Source of the DNA: a virus
Strand: one strand, 5' to 3'
DNA length: 41,693 bases
Virus record (IMG/VR): IMGVR_UViG_3300045988_117511
Part shown: piece by piece, positions 1-7,779 of the stretch
Numbering within the stretch: the first letter of the stretch is position 1
How the letters are laid out: every line of letters starts with the position of its first letter
The notes under the pieces: generated by a model
The model's database searches: none
Seen by the model: the letters and a program-made list of their open reading frames with translations, nothing else
Told to the model about the DNA's origin: nothing
Made by a program: the position numbers and the translations under genes

Positions 1-119
1 CCTCTCGATCCGGGCACGCTGCTCTTCTGTCGCCAGCTCCCAGTTCTTATGCAGCAGATCGTCGTACTTGTTGATCATACTCTCCAGCGTCTTCTGCGCC
101 CTTGCCTGTGCCTGCAGGA
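1..119. repeat. Terminal overlap, copy 1 (identical to 41575-41693)
   Basis: Base-by-base comparison of both ends shows 119/119 identity. Confidence 0.97.
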
Positions 120-558
120 AATTCCCGTGCTTATCCCAGGCTTGCTGAACTTCCCATTTTTCTCCGCACACATTGCCATCTTTTTCCTCGATCCGTTCGA
201 TGGTCTTGTCATCCCGGTCCTGCACGTACATGATCTGCTGCGCCCGGATGATCGCAGCATAGGCGATCTGGATCTGATCCCAGAGGACGTCCAGCGGATC
301 CTTTGGCATCTCCTCGATAATAGAAACGGTCTCCTCCGGAAGATACTTCCGAAAGAAACCGAACTTTTCAGCGTTATGATTTCTAAGCGGGGCGGACTGA
401 TTCCCGCCGACAGCATTCTTGTTGCCGATCTGGCCGCCTCGTTTCCGAACGTTCGCTTTTTTATCCGAACGTTCGCTATTCCATTTATATGTGTTCTTCC
501 AGCGCCTTACGGTTCCTTCCGGCACCTCCAGCCTGGAAGCAATATCCTTTAATTTCAT
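1..558 (-). CDS. terS: Terminase small subunit, N-terminal two thirds (gene wraps the circular junction)
   Basis: The frame is open from the ATG at 558-556 to the window edge, so it is absent from the ORF track. Manual translation gives MKLKDIASRLEVPEGTVRRWKNTYKWNSERSDKKANVRKRGGQIGNKNAVGG..., an N-terminal HTH typical of TerS. It is in frame with the 41470-41652 ORF through the overlap (558-78 = 480 nt). It lies directly upstream of terL. Confidence 0.85.
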   Translation of the reverse strand, partial: MKLKDIASRLEVPEGTVRRWKNTYKWNSERSDKKANVRKRGGQIGNKNAVGGNQSAPLRNHNAEKFGFFRKYLPEETVSIIEEMPKDPLDVLWDQIQIAYAAIIRAQQIMYVQDRDDKTIERIEEKDGNVCGEKWEVQQAWDKHGNFLQAQARAQKTLESMINKYDDLLHKNWELATEEQRARIER

Positions 559-761
559 TCCCTTGTAAAAAAGCTTTTCAGCTTCGTCTGTCTTTGGGTT
601 TCGTGCTCTTCCCACAACCACCACCTCTCTTCATTCGTTTTGTTTTGGGTATAAGAAAAGAGAGCCGGCTGGCTCTCATACATGATTCTCATTCTATACT
701 CTGAGGGCAAAAGCAGCGTCATCGTGAAATTGATAGTCTCGAAAATTTCAGTCATAGACAT
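555..761 (-). CDS. Hypothetical small protein (68 aa) preceding terS
   Basis: AAGGAGG lies 5 nt upstream of the ATG at 761. The stop overlaps the terS ATG (ATGA coupling). No recognisable motif. The longer 115-aa track ORF lacks an RBS. Confidence 0.4.
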   Translation of the reverse strand: MSMTEIFETINFTMTLLLPSEYRMRIMYESQPALFSYTQNKTNEERWWLWEEHETQRQTKLKSFFTRE

Positions 762-869
762 CGCCTCCTTTTGCTTATAATAGATCCGCCAAAGAATGAT
801 AATCAGCGCAATAACGTACCTACAAATGACACTATAAGCTCCTGCCCCTTCCCTCAGAATACACAAAGT

Positions 870-898
870 ATTGTACACCATGTACTCATTTTCGACAA
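870..898 (-). promoter_or_regulatory. Sigma-A-like promoter upstream of the packaging operon
   Basis: Minus strand reads TTGTCG (898-893), 17 nt spacer, TACAAT (875-870). It sits just downstream of the 901-922 terminator. Confidence 0.45.
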
Positions 899-900
899 CC

Positions 901-922
901 AAAAAACTCCCATCAAGGGAGC
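901..922 (-). terminator. Rho-independent terminator ending the antirepressor operon
   Basis: Minus strand forms a GCTCCC-TTGAT-GGGAG(T) hairpin followed by T6. Confidence 0.6.
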
Positions 923-1051
923 TTTCTGGTACATCGTTAATTAGTTGTTCGCAAAGGAGATTATGTCATAAACCTGCCAAAAGTGTCGTTATGGAATTTT
1001 TCCTAATATCATACTAACACGAAAAAAACGGGCATTGTGGGCAAAGTGAAA

Positions 1052-1246
1052 TCAACCTCTATTTTTCTGTGCCTGCAGATACCCATACTTAAACGCATTG
1101 AGGATAATTCCTAACACATCTGGATCGCTTCGCCTTAGAGCCAACGCTTCATAATATTTCAAATCACAAACCTCGGGGATTTCCAAGGGATCGATTTCAC
1201 TTCTAATTCTGCTGCTTGTTTTTAAAACTCTCATTTCATCATTCAT
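1052..1246 (-). CDS. Hypothetical protein (64 aa)
   Basis: ORF in an operon with 1249-1494. Its C-terminal LNAFKYGYLQA resembles LDAFLKGYEYA of the upstream protein. Confidence 0.6.
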   Translation of the reverse strand: MNDEMRVLKTSSRIRSEIDPLEIPEVCDLKYYEALALRRSDPDVLGIILNAFKYGYLQAQKNRG

Positions 1247-1248
1247 GT

Positions 1249-1494
1249 CTACGACTCCTTTCCACCCATCATCAAAGCATACTCGTATCCCTTTAAAAAA
1301 GCATCCAAGCCGTATGCCAAATATGCTCCGACAAACCCTGATTCCAAGCTGTCTCTCTGGTCAAAAGTAAGACTGTCCTTCAACTCTGCTAAAGCCTGAT
1401 TAAATCTTTCATCGCATTCGATAAACTTTTCCGAATCCAGACTATCCAAACTATTGTACTTTTGAGTAAGTTCCTGTTTTAAAGCCGCATTCAT
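1249..1494 (-). CDS. Hypothetical protein (81 aa)
   Basis: The start overlaps the stop of the antirepressor gene (ATGA). The sequence is acidic and helical-looking. Confidence 0.65.
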   Translation of the reverse strand: MNAALKQELTQKYNSLDSLDSEKFIECDERFNQALAELKDSLTFDQRDSLESGFVGAYLAYGLDAFLKGYEYALMMGGKES

Positions 1495-2303
1495 TACGCC
1501 ACCTCCACATTCTTGAAATTCACATGATAAAATTTGATCTGCCCATCACTTTGAACATATTGAATTTCCCGGGGATAACCATTCTCATAGCACCACGCTT
1601 TAACCATATCAATTACCTGTGGCGCATATTTGCGAACAGTGCCCTGCCATTTTCCTTTAGACTCCCATGTTTCCGTATACAAAGACTCTGAAATGTCTAA
1701 TCTCCGTATGATTTCGTTAACTGGCTTGTCTGCAGGTTTCCCCGAAGCCTGATAATAAATGCCGACCTGTCTGGCGATATGTACCGTATCAAAATACTGC
1801 TGATCTGCATGGATCGTAACCGGAAGTACGATCCCCGCTTTTTCATAAATGGATTTTGCCGTAAGTAACTGAATCTCACTGTTACATCCGGCAGCCTGGA
1901 GCAGTGGAGTCAGAATCTTTACCGCATTGTTCACAGAAGCCAATCTCTCATTCTGCACTTCGGCTCTCGGCGTTTCGTAAAATCCATGCTTCCTGATGGA
2001 TGGGAGGACTTCCGCTGTCACCCACCGCTTGAATTTCTTCGCCGCTGAGAGCTTGCTGGAGAGTATGAGACTGTATAAGCCTGATTCGTTGATAACGGTT
2101 TGATTTGGATTGCCTCTTTTTCCGTCGGAAATTGCTACGGTATTCTTGTCTTCATCATCAACATGGCTTCCTAAAGCATCTCTGGAATTTGTATATCCTA
2201 ATATGTCGGCCACATCTTTGCCGACAAACCACGGTTCGCCATTTTGCTCTATAACTCTAACTTCTCCAAACTCTTCATTCTTAAAAATCTGCAAGTTATT
2301 CAT
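1494..2303 (-). CDS. Bro-N domain antirepressor-like protein
   Basis: MNNLQIFKNEEFGEVRVIEQNGEPWFVGKDVADILGY...SGLYSLILSSKLSAAKKFKRWVTAEVLPSIRKHG is a classic Bro-N/KilA-type N-terminus. Start chosen at the ATG at 2303 (RBS GAGAGGAAAA). The track ORF begins at an upstream GTG (2354). Confidence 0.85.
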   Translation of the reverse strand: MNNLQIFKNEEFGEVRVIEQNGEPWFVGKDVADILGYTNSRDALGSHVDDEDKNTVAISDGKRGNPNQTVINESGLYSLILSSKLSAAKKFKRWVTAEVLPSIRKHGFYETPRAEVQNERLASVNNAVKILTPLLQAAGCNSEIQLLTAKSIYEKAGIVLPVTIHADQQYFDTVHIARQVGIYYQASGKPADKPVNEIIRRLDISESLYTETWESKGKWQGTVRKYAPQVIDMVKAWCYENGYPREIQYVQSDGQIKFYHVNFKNVEVA

Positions 2304-2410
2304 TTTTCCTCTCTTTCTCTTTTGACATCCAGAAAGAGACCTGTTATAATTCACTTAGAATCCTTTCTGGATTTGACTGTGAGTAAATACACTGTTTTAG
2401 CGGACGGTAT

Positions 2411-2545
2411 TTACTCTTTTTCTTTTTGTAAATCTTTTTTGATTAGATGAATTATGTAATCTTTAATGCTACAGTTCAACTCAATAGTTCTAATTTTCAT
2501 TTTCTTGTGAAATTCATCATCGACTTTTATTCCTAACGTTTTCAA
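2411..2545 (-). CDS. Ribbon-helix-helix (Arc/CopG-like) DNA-binding protein, 44 aa, TTG start
   Basis: Not in the ORF track (below the size cutoff). GGGAGGA lies 6 nt before the TTG. Translation is LKTLGIKVDDEFHKKMKIRTIELNCSIKDYIIHLIKKDLQKEKE, which matches the RHH pattern of a beta-strand followed by two helices. Confidence 0.7.
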   Translation of the reverse strand: MKTLGIKVDDEFHKKMKIRTIELNCSIKDYIIHLIKKDLQKEKE

Positions 2546-2707
2546 ACTTATCCTCCCTTCATTACGCATTTCGTATTTTTACTATAATGGTTTTGTCGAA
2601 AATAGTCAAGCATTTTTTTACGATTTTAGTATTTAATGCTTTACGCATTGAGTTTTTAACAAAAATATGGTTTAATATTATTAATACTATAAAGGAGGCT
2701 ACTAATT
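2546..2707. promoter_or_regulatory. Divergent promoter/operator region between the RHH and XRE genes
   Basis: Minus strand carries TTGACT (2609-2604), 17 nt spacer, TATAGT (2586-2581). Plus strand carries TTGAGT, 17 nt spacer, TTTAAT. The repeated word TTACGCATT occurs at 2562-2570 and 2641-2649, with a related TTACGAT at about 2618. Confidence 0.6.
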
Positions 2708-3166
2708 ATGGGATTTGGTAAAAAATTAAAACAGTTGCTTGACGAAAAAAGTGTATCTGTTGCAGATCTTTCTCGTAAAACTGGCATTCCACGAACTACT
2801 TTATACTCAATAATTAGCCGTGACAGCACACCTAAACCAGGAGATGTTCTTGCTATTTCAAATGCATTGAATATCGATATATCAGAATTTGAAATGAATG
2901 AGACTGTATATATCAATAATTTATATTCAGCAATTTATAAGCAAGTGAGTGATTATTTTGATAAAGAGCTTGCAAAATATCAAAATAACGGTTCAAAAAA
3001 TAATAATAAGCTCTCTGGTTTGCAGCTATTCGCTGAACCCTCCATCTCATACAATGCACCACTTGACGTTTCCGACCTTACCAATGACGAAATAGAGCAA
3101 GTCAAACAATATATCGAGTTCCTCAAATCACAACGGAATAAAAATGTCCACTCAACCACCGACTAA
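2708..3166 (+). CDS. XRE-family HTH transcriptional regulator (second repressor-like protein)
   Basis: N-terminus GFGKKLKQLLDEKSVSVADLSRKTGIPRTTLYSIISRDSTP is an HTH_3/XRE motif. RBS AAAGGAGG. It is divergent from the RHH-antirepressor operon. Confidence 0.85.
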   Translation: MGFGKKLKQLLDEKSVSVADLSRKTGIPRTTLYSIISRDSTPKPGDVLAISNALNIDISEFEMNETVYINNLYSAIYKQVSDYFDKELAKYQNNGSKNNNKLSGLQLFAEPSISYNAPLDVSDLTNDEIEQVKQYIEFLKSQRNKNVHSTTD

Positions 3167-3180
3167 GGTGGTTTTATTTT
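3154..3180 (+). terminator. Rho-independent terminator after the XRE gene
   Basis: Hairpin AACCACC-GACTAA-GGTGGTT followed by a T-rich tract. The loop contains the stop codon. Confidence 0.6.
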
Positions 3181-3217
3181 ATCCGCATTATACACCCTGT
3201 TTTTTAATTCTAATATA

Positions 3218-3616
3218 CTAATTTTCAAAAAACATATCACATTTTCTCGCCACAGTCCTCCTGTCATATCCTAAAGATTGTCCTATCTCTGCCCATGTTT
3301 TACCTTTTTGGTATCTGAGTCTAAATATTGTTCTTAGCTCACTATCTTCAACACAATCAATCCATTTCTCCATTTTATCTATTTGCTTAAGGAGTTTTCG
3401 AGTCTTTTGAGCGAGTTTTTTCTGCAAATGGATATATTCCTCCATGTCAATGCCTTTTATCGGTATAACGTGCTTGTCAGTTCTCTCAGGAGTACATCCA
3501 GTAACAGAGTCTATGACTACTTTAGGCTTTAAAGAAATAATATCCCCTGCTAATTCGTCCACTTCTATGTACAACATACGCAAGCTTTCTAACTGCTTTT
3601 TATCCATCATCTCCAA
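3218..3616 (-). CDS. Sigma-70 region-4-like / ArpU-RinA-type late transcription regulator
   Basis: The C-terminus LRTIFRLRYQKGKTWAEIGQSLGYDRRTVARKCD looks like a sigma region 4 HTH. It is the last gene of the early/replication operon, ahead of the packaging genes. Confidence 0.65.
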   Translation of the reverse strand: MEMMDKKQLESLRMLYIEVDELAGDIISLKPKVVIDSVTGCTPERTDKHVIPIKGIDMEEYIHLQKKLAQKTRKLLKQIDKMEKWIDCVEDSELRTIFRLRYQKGKTWAEIGQSLGYDRRTVARKCDMFFEN

Positions 3617-3785
3617 CCTCCACTTTCACAAACCTCACACCAAACTTCTTGTATGCCCTTCCATCTCTCATACTCTGATGCAGATTACTGTCACTTATCC
3701 CATATGCTGTTGCAAGCTGATTGGCCGTATCCTTAACCACGCATGGAAGCTCGTATTTATCTGCTGTTACTGCCATATAAAGCAT
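3600..3785 (-). CDS. Hypothetical protein (61 aa)
   Basis: ORF within a tightly packed operon, with overlapping start and stop codons. Confidence 0.55.
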   Translation of the reverse strand: MLYMAVTADKYELPCVVKDTANQLATAYGISDSNLHQSMRDGRAYKKFGVRFVKVEVGDDG

Positions 3786-4075
3786 TACTCTTCCTCCTGT
3801 CGCATTGCTTCTGCATCTTTAGCACGCTCCGTTTCCTGATCGATGCACATATGACATACCATGAATCCAAATCCTGATTCTGTATGGATCTCCAGCGACG
3901 TAAAGCTTTCTCCGAACTTTACTGGCCTTCCGCATCCTGCACAGGCAATGGCCTTGTCCATCCTGTCTTCCAGGAGCGAACACTTCAGCTCATCTTCTGG
4001 AAGAACGTAAGGCCTATATTTCCCGTGATATGGATCCCACCTTTCAGCAACTCTGGCACTAAATATTTTGTTCAT
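3785..4075 (-). CDS. Hypothetical Cys-rich (zinc-binding-like) protein
   Basis: Contains CAGCG...CHMC cysteine pairs. Its coordinates are operon-coupled. Confidence 0.6.
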   Translation of the reverse strand: MNKIFSARVAERWDPYHGKYRPYVLPEDELKCSLLEDRMDKAIACAGCGRPVKFGESFTSLEIHTESGFGFMVCHMCIDQETERAKDAEAMRQEEE

Positions 4076-4302
4076 TCTGCTTCTCCTTTCACCAGAATGT
4101 CATCTCCGACATCCGTCACGAACTCCTGCCGGGTATGGATCACTACATCCCCGGTATCTTCGTAAACCTCTACCCAGTAAGTATCACCGTCTGCATACTC
4201 TGCTGGTGCATCAGATGATGATACAGCGCCGATACCAATACCGATCCAAAGCATCGTCACAGCGATCACAGCTGAGAGAATGGCCATCATAATCCTACTC
4301 AT
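4072..4302 (-). CDS. Hypothetical membrane-anchored protein
   Basis: The N-terminal segment IMMAILSAVIAVTMLWIGIGIGAV is hydrophobic. Confidence 0.6.
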   Translation of the reverse strand: MSRIMMAILSAVIAVTMLWIGIGIGAVSSSDAPAEYADGDTYWVEVYEDTGDVVIHTRQEFVTDVGDDILVKGEAE

Positions 4303-4597
4303 TGCCTTTTACCTGCACCAGCTTTGAAAAGAATTTTGCAGTCGTAGTAGGGACGTCTGTAAATTCGTCGCCGCCTATTCCAGCTATCAGGATCGTTCCG
4401 TAAAAGTCTGCGTTCATCACCGTGCAGTTATACGGCAGGCTTTGTATGCGCCCTTCTTCGTTACAGACAATCATAAGTTCTTCGGTGAGAGTCACTGTCT
4501 CGATATATCCTCCAACATTTTTTTGGAAAGCTTCCAGTGTGTTATCAATATCCGTAAGCACCGGATCTTTCCCAGGTTCTTTTTTCAGTACGATCAT
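4295..4597 (-). CDS. DUF3846-like protein
   Basis: The sequence LEAFQKNVGGYIETV...MIVCNEEG...LPYN...GTILIAG..GDEFTD resembles DUF3846 from memory. Confidence 0.6.
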   Translation of the reverse strand: MIVLKKEPGKDPVLTDIDNTLEAFQKNVGGYIETVTLTEELMIVCNEEGRIQSLPYNCTVMNADFYGTILIAGIGGDEFTDVPTTTAKFFSKLVQVKGNE

Positions 4598-4806
4598 AAC
4601 GCTTCTCCTTCCATCACTCCCTCTACCGGGATATGTCTCTGTTCCATCACCAGTTCACTGATCCGGTAATAATCCTCATCGTCTTTCGTCTGCACCAGTG
4701 CCCACTTGTCATCCACGGCGCTTCGCAGCTCTTTTACTCTTCCCAGCTCTCCGAAATTCGGATTGCCGATCTTTATGATTTTTACTAAATCTCCTACGTA
4801 CAGCAT
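4594..4806 (-). CDS. Hypothetical protein (70 aa)
   Basis: Start moved to the ATG at 4806, which has AAAGGAG 7 nt upstream. The track ORF starts at a GTG (4827). Confidence 0.55.
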   Translation of the reverse strand: MLYVGDLVKIIKIGNPNFGELGRVKELRSAVDDKWALVQTKDDEDYYRISELVMEQRHIPVEGVMEGEAL

Positions 4807-4830
4807 TGCTTTTCTCCTTTGATTCACCTT

Positions 4831-5235
4831 TCACTCATCCTCCAAGGACTCCATCACGATATAGATCCCCGGGACCTTTGCCCAAAATTTTTCAATATGC
4901 TCGGATGCCACCTGAGCATCGTTTTTGAAAAATCCCAGATCCTCCATCACGTCTTTCAGCATCTTCTCCAGGTTATCCGTATCTGGCTTTGTCGCTTTAT
5001 ACTCACCGTCTCTATGCCGGCCGCGAATCGGAAAGCACCACTTCACCCCGAGCCACACGGGACCAGTAAATCTTTTTTTGGGAACATGCTTTGCCAGATG
5101 TGCCCGTAATTTTTCTCTTGCCTGTTTCAATTCGGCCGGTTCATACACGACCGGTTTTCCATTTCGAATCGTGATGGATTTTTCCTGCTGCGTAATCGTT
5201 GGCGGCAGCATCGCCATAAAAAATTCAAATCTCAC
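4831..5235 (-). CDS. rusA: RusA-family Holliday junction resolvase
   Basis: The sequence LPPTITQQEK...KPDTDNLEKMLKDVMEDLGFFKNDAQV resembles RusA. The start is GTG with a GAGGT RBS. Confidence 0.75.
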   Translation of the reverse strand: MRFEFFMAMLPPTITQQEKSITIRNGKPVVYEPAELKQAREKLRAHLAKHVPKKRFTGPVWLGVKWCFPIRGRHRDGEYKATKPDTDNLEKMLKDVMEDLGFFKNDAQVASEHIEKFWAKVPGIYIVMESLEDE

Positions 5236-5280
5236 GCTTTACCTCGCTAAAGTGCATCCTTTTGTCAAAAAATGTTATTG

Positions 5281-5575
5281 TCACAGGGCAGGGAAAGGAA
5301 GGTAAGGGCGGGCAGCATTTAAGCCCGCCTTACTTTTCCCCTGTGACCGTCAGGGAAAATTCTTTATTACTCCCCTTTAGGGGAGTACCTTTTTCTTCCC
5401 TAGGGAAAATCTCGGTAAATCACCGACTTTTTCCCTCCGAGGGAAAGTAGGGAAAATCCTCGACTTTTTCCTTCCCTAGGGAAAATTTTCCCTTCGACTT
5501 TTTCCCTGTGAAAGAAAATTTTCCCTTCGAGAATTTCCCTGTCAGGGAAAGTGTTTCCCTTCGACTTTTTCCTTC
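5281..5575. repeat. Iteron- and palindrome-rich non-coding region, putative origin of replication
   Basis: CGACTTTTTCC(C/T)T occurs 4 times (5424, 5461, 5495, 5562). (T/C)AGGGAAAAT occurs 4 times (5351, 5401, 5448, 5477). Inverted repeat TTTCCCTG-t-CAGGGAAA lies at 5534-5550, a palindrome at 5368-5387 and a GC hairpin at 5302-5333. Confidence 0.6.
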
Positions 5576-7779
5576 TATTTTTTACCAACAACTCCATCAT
5601 CGATCCAGAATCCTCCATGCTCTTTCAAGCGATTTCTTACAGTTTTTTCCGTCACTCCCATATATTCCGACAGTGCTCCGAGGGTAACTTTGCCATCAAT
5701 ACTGCATGCTCCATATGCCATTTCCACCGATTCTTTTTTCTCTTTTTTGCGATCTTCCGGCGTCTTTTTCTTCTTAAAATTTCGTTTCCAGCTCACCTGA
5801 TCGCCGTCCGGCTGAACGTCCTGAAGGACTCCGCTCTGATCTAAAGAATGAGCCGGATAATCAAACCACAGATTCACTGGAGCAAACTTCGGAAACTCTC
5901 TGAGCGTCCCCTCGATCCGCCACGCGGTGAGGCTCTCTGCTCGCTTCTCAGCCATTCTTACAGCGGCTTCCGCCTCCCGTGCCTGTATGCCCTCTAAATG
6001 GCTGTCGCAGGCTTTTTTCATCTGCACAGCGCTGCACATATCATCCTGGGACACATGATCTTCCCAGCTGTCCGAATACTTATCCAGCGTATCGATACAC
6101 GCCCTACAGGAAAACTCGTTCTTTTTCTGCGTAAGAAGCTCCTCGCCGATCTCAAGCTCGATCAGATCCAGCAGAGCATCTGGGTCCCTTGCGAATACCC
6201 CGGAGCCCGATGCACGGTCCATGGAGCGCTTCTGCCCCTGGCCGCCCTTGCTGTGATGGTGGCAGTAGATCACCGCTGCGCCCAGGTCACTGCATACGAT
6301 ATCGAACTGGTTGCAGAAATGTGCCATCTGATCGGCACTGTTTTCATCTCCGGTGATAACCTTATAGATCGGATCGATAATGATCGCGATGTAGTCTTTC
6401 TTGGCCGCCCGGCGAATAAGCTTTGGCGCCAGCCTGTCCATGGGCACGCTCTTTCCTCTCAGATTCCAAATATCGATATTATTAAGGTTTGCCGGCTTGA
6501 TGTGCATGCTCTCATACACGTCCTTGAAACGATGCAGACAGCTCGCTCTGTCCAGCTCCAGATTAACGTACATCACCTTGCCTTTTGCACAATTCCACTG
6601 CAGCCACTTCTTACCCTCTGCGATCGCTATGCAAAGTTCGATAAGCGCATAGGACTTTCCGGCCTTCGACGGACCTGCAAGCAGCATTTTATGCCCCTGC
6701 CGAAGCACGCCGTCAATGAGCGGCGGTGAAAGTGCCGGCAGATCATCCCAGATATCAAGGAGACTCTCTGGATCCGGAAGATCGTCATTGACGCTTTCGA
6801 TCCATTTTCTCCATTCCTCCCAGGACTCTTTTCCGATATTAGTCTCTACGAGAAACTGCTTTCTGCCGTTTCGAATGATTCCCGGCATCCGGGAAAGCCT
6901 CGAAGGATTCCTGTTCTGGCTGTCTATTTTCAGCCCGTTTTTTCTGCAGACCTCATAAAGATAATCAACGCGCTTTCTGTACTCCTCGTAGCTTCTGGCA
7001 TCCACCTTTACGATGGCATGCAGGCTTTTCTTACCGCTGTAGACAAGGCACGCAACTGGAAGATCCAGCTCTCTGATGATGGCGTTCTGCTCTTCGATCT
7101 CCATATTGTCGGACTCGACCAGGGCAAAGCGGTAATCAGTGACATTCTCATTTTTCACGCCGCGACCATCCAGCGGATTGAACCGGATCCATGCACCGGC
7201 AGCTTCCTTATAGTCGCCGATCACTACTTCTATGTCATTCTTATTTTTCCCCAGAAGTTCGATCAGCTCGCCAGCTGTCCGGTCATATGCTCCCTTGCTC
7301 GGAAGATACTTTCCGTCCTTTTCCCAGCAGCTGGTCACATATCCGACGTTTTCATCGCTATTAAAAAGCGTTTCCAGATATTTGATCAGTTCCCCTGCAG
7401 GATCCCAGTCAGCGCCCGGCTCATGGATTTCTTTTCCTTCCAGCCATTCTTTTTCGACAACGACCAGCTCATCCTTGGTGCTGATCTCGGCGTCCCAGTC
7501 AAGCTCCATCCCCGGATCCGGCTTCCAGCCTCTATCCTTTGCCATCTGCACGATAGTGCCGGCAGTAACCCTGGTTCCGGCCATCCCATGGAAGCTGTCC
7601 CATTTTTTCTGACACTCTCCATTATGGTAGCGTTCCCGGTCAGCTCTGCTCCAGCTGTCCCAGTCAGCTGCCGTATAACCGTCTTCTTTTAGACCCATTC
7701 CTACCGCAAGCCATTCCTCATAAGAAAGATCTCTAGGGTCTATATATTGAATTAAATCTACCAGGCTATATTTTTCCAT
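5575..7779 (-). CDS. Primase-polymerase / RepA-like (AAA_25) helicase fusion with C-terminal HTH
   Basis: The N-terminal region is PriCT-like (LSYEEWLAVGMGLKEDGY). The central part looks like a prim-pol. A Walker A motif is present (LLAGPSKAGKSYAL). The C-terminal tail LSEYMGVTEKTVRNRLKEHG is an HTH. Confidence 0.8.
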   Translation of the reverse strand: MEKYSLVDLIQYIDPRDLSYEEWLAVGMGLKEDGYTAADWDSWSRADRERYHNGECQKKWDSFHGMAGTRVTAGTIVQMAKDRGWKPDPGMELDWDAEISTKDELVVVEKEWLEGKEIHEPGADWDPAGELIKYLETLFNSDENVGYVTSCWEKDGKYLPSKGAYDRTAGELIELLGKNKNDIEVVIGDYKEAAGAWIRFNPLDGRGVKNENVTDYRFALVESDNMEIEEQNAIIRELDLPVACLVYSGKKSLHAIVKVDARSYEEYRKRVDYLYEVCRKNGLKIDSQNRNPSRLSRMPGIIRNGRKQFLVETNIGKESWEEWRKWIESVNDDLPDPESLLDIWDDLPALSPPLIDGVLRQGHKMLLAGPSKAGKSYALIELCIAIAEGKKWLQWNCAKGKVMYVNLELDRASCLHRFKDVYESMHIKPANLNNIDIWNLRGKSVPMDRLAPKLIRRAAKKDYIAIIIDPIYKVITGDENSADQMAHFCNQFDIVCSDLGAAVIYCHHHSKGGQGQKRSMDRASGSGVFARDPDALLDLIELEIGEELLTQKKNEFSCRACIDTLDKYSDSWEDHVSQDDMCSAVQMKKACDSHLEGIQAREAEAAVRMAEKRAESLTAWRIEGTLREFPKFAPVNLWFDYPAHSLDQSGVLQDVQPDGDQVSWKRNFKKKKTPEDRKKEKKESVEMAYGACSIDGKVTLGALSEYMGVTEKTVRNRLKEHGGFWIDDGVVGKK

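Noticed and set aside
1-119. The 119-nt end repeats as attL/attR or transposon-like direct repeats
   Set aside because: The repeat lies inside, and completes, the terS coding frame. No host genes flank it. The real att core lies next to int at 18616-18649.
49-552. Track ORFs 49-552 (+, 167 aa) and 75-416 (-, 113 aa, Arg-rich)
   Set aside because: They are shadow frames of terS. The third minus frame gives a clean HTH-bearing small terminase that continues across the circular junction and is coupled to terL.
5262-5618. Possible CRISPR array or small ORFs in the GGGAAA/TTTCCC repeat region
   Set aside because: The repeats are short (9-14 nt), irregularly spaced, mixed direct and inverted, and lack uniform spacers. 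The 62-aa and 72-aa ORFs are low-complexity repeat translations without an RBS.
5998-7692. Plus-strand ORFs of 243 and 224 aa
   Set aside because: They are antisense to the primase-helicase gene, which has clear Walker A and prim-pol motifs.
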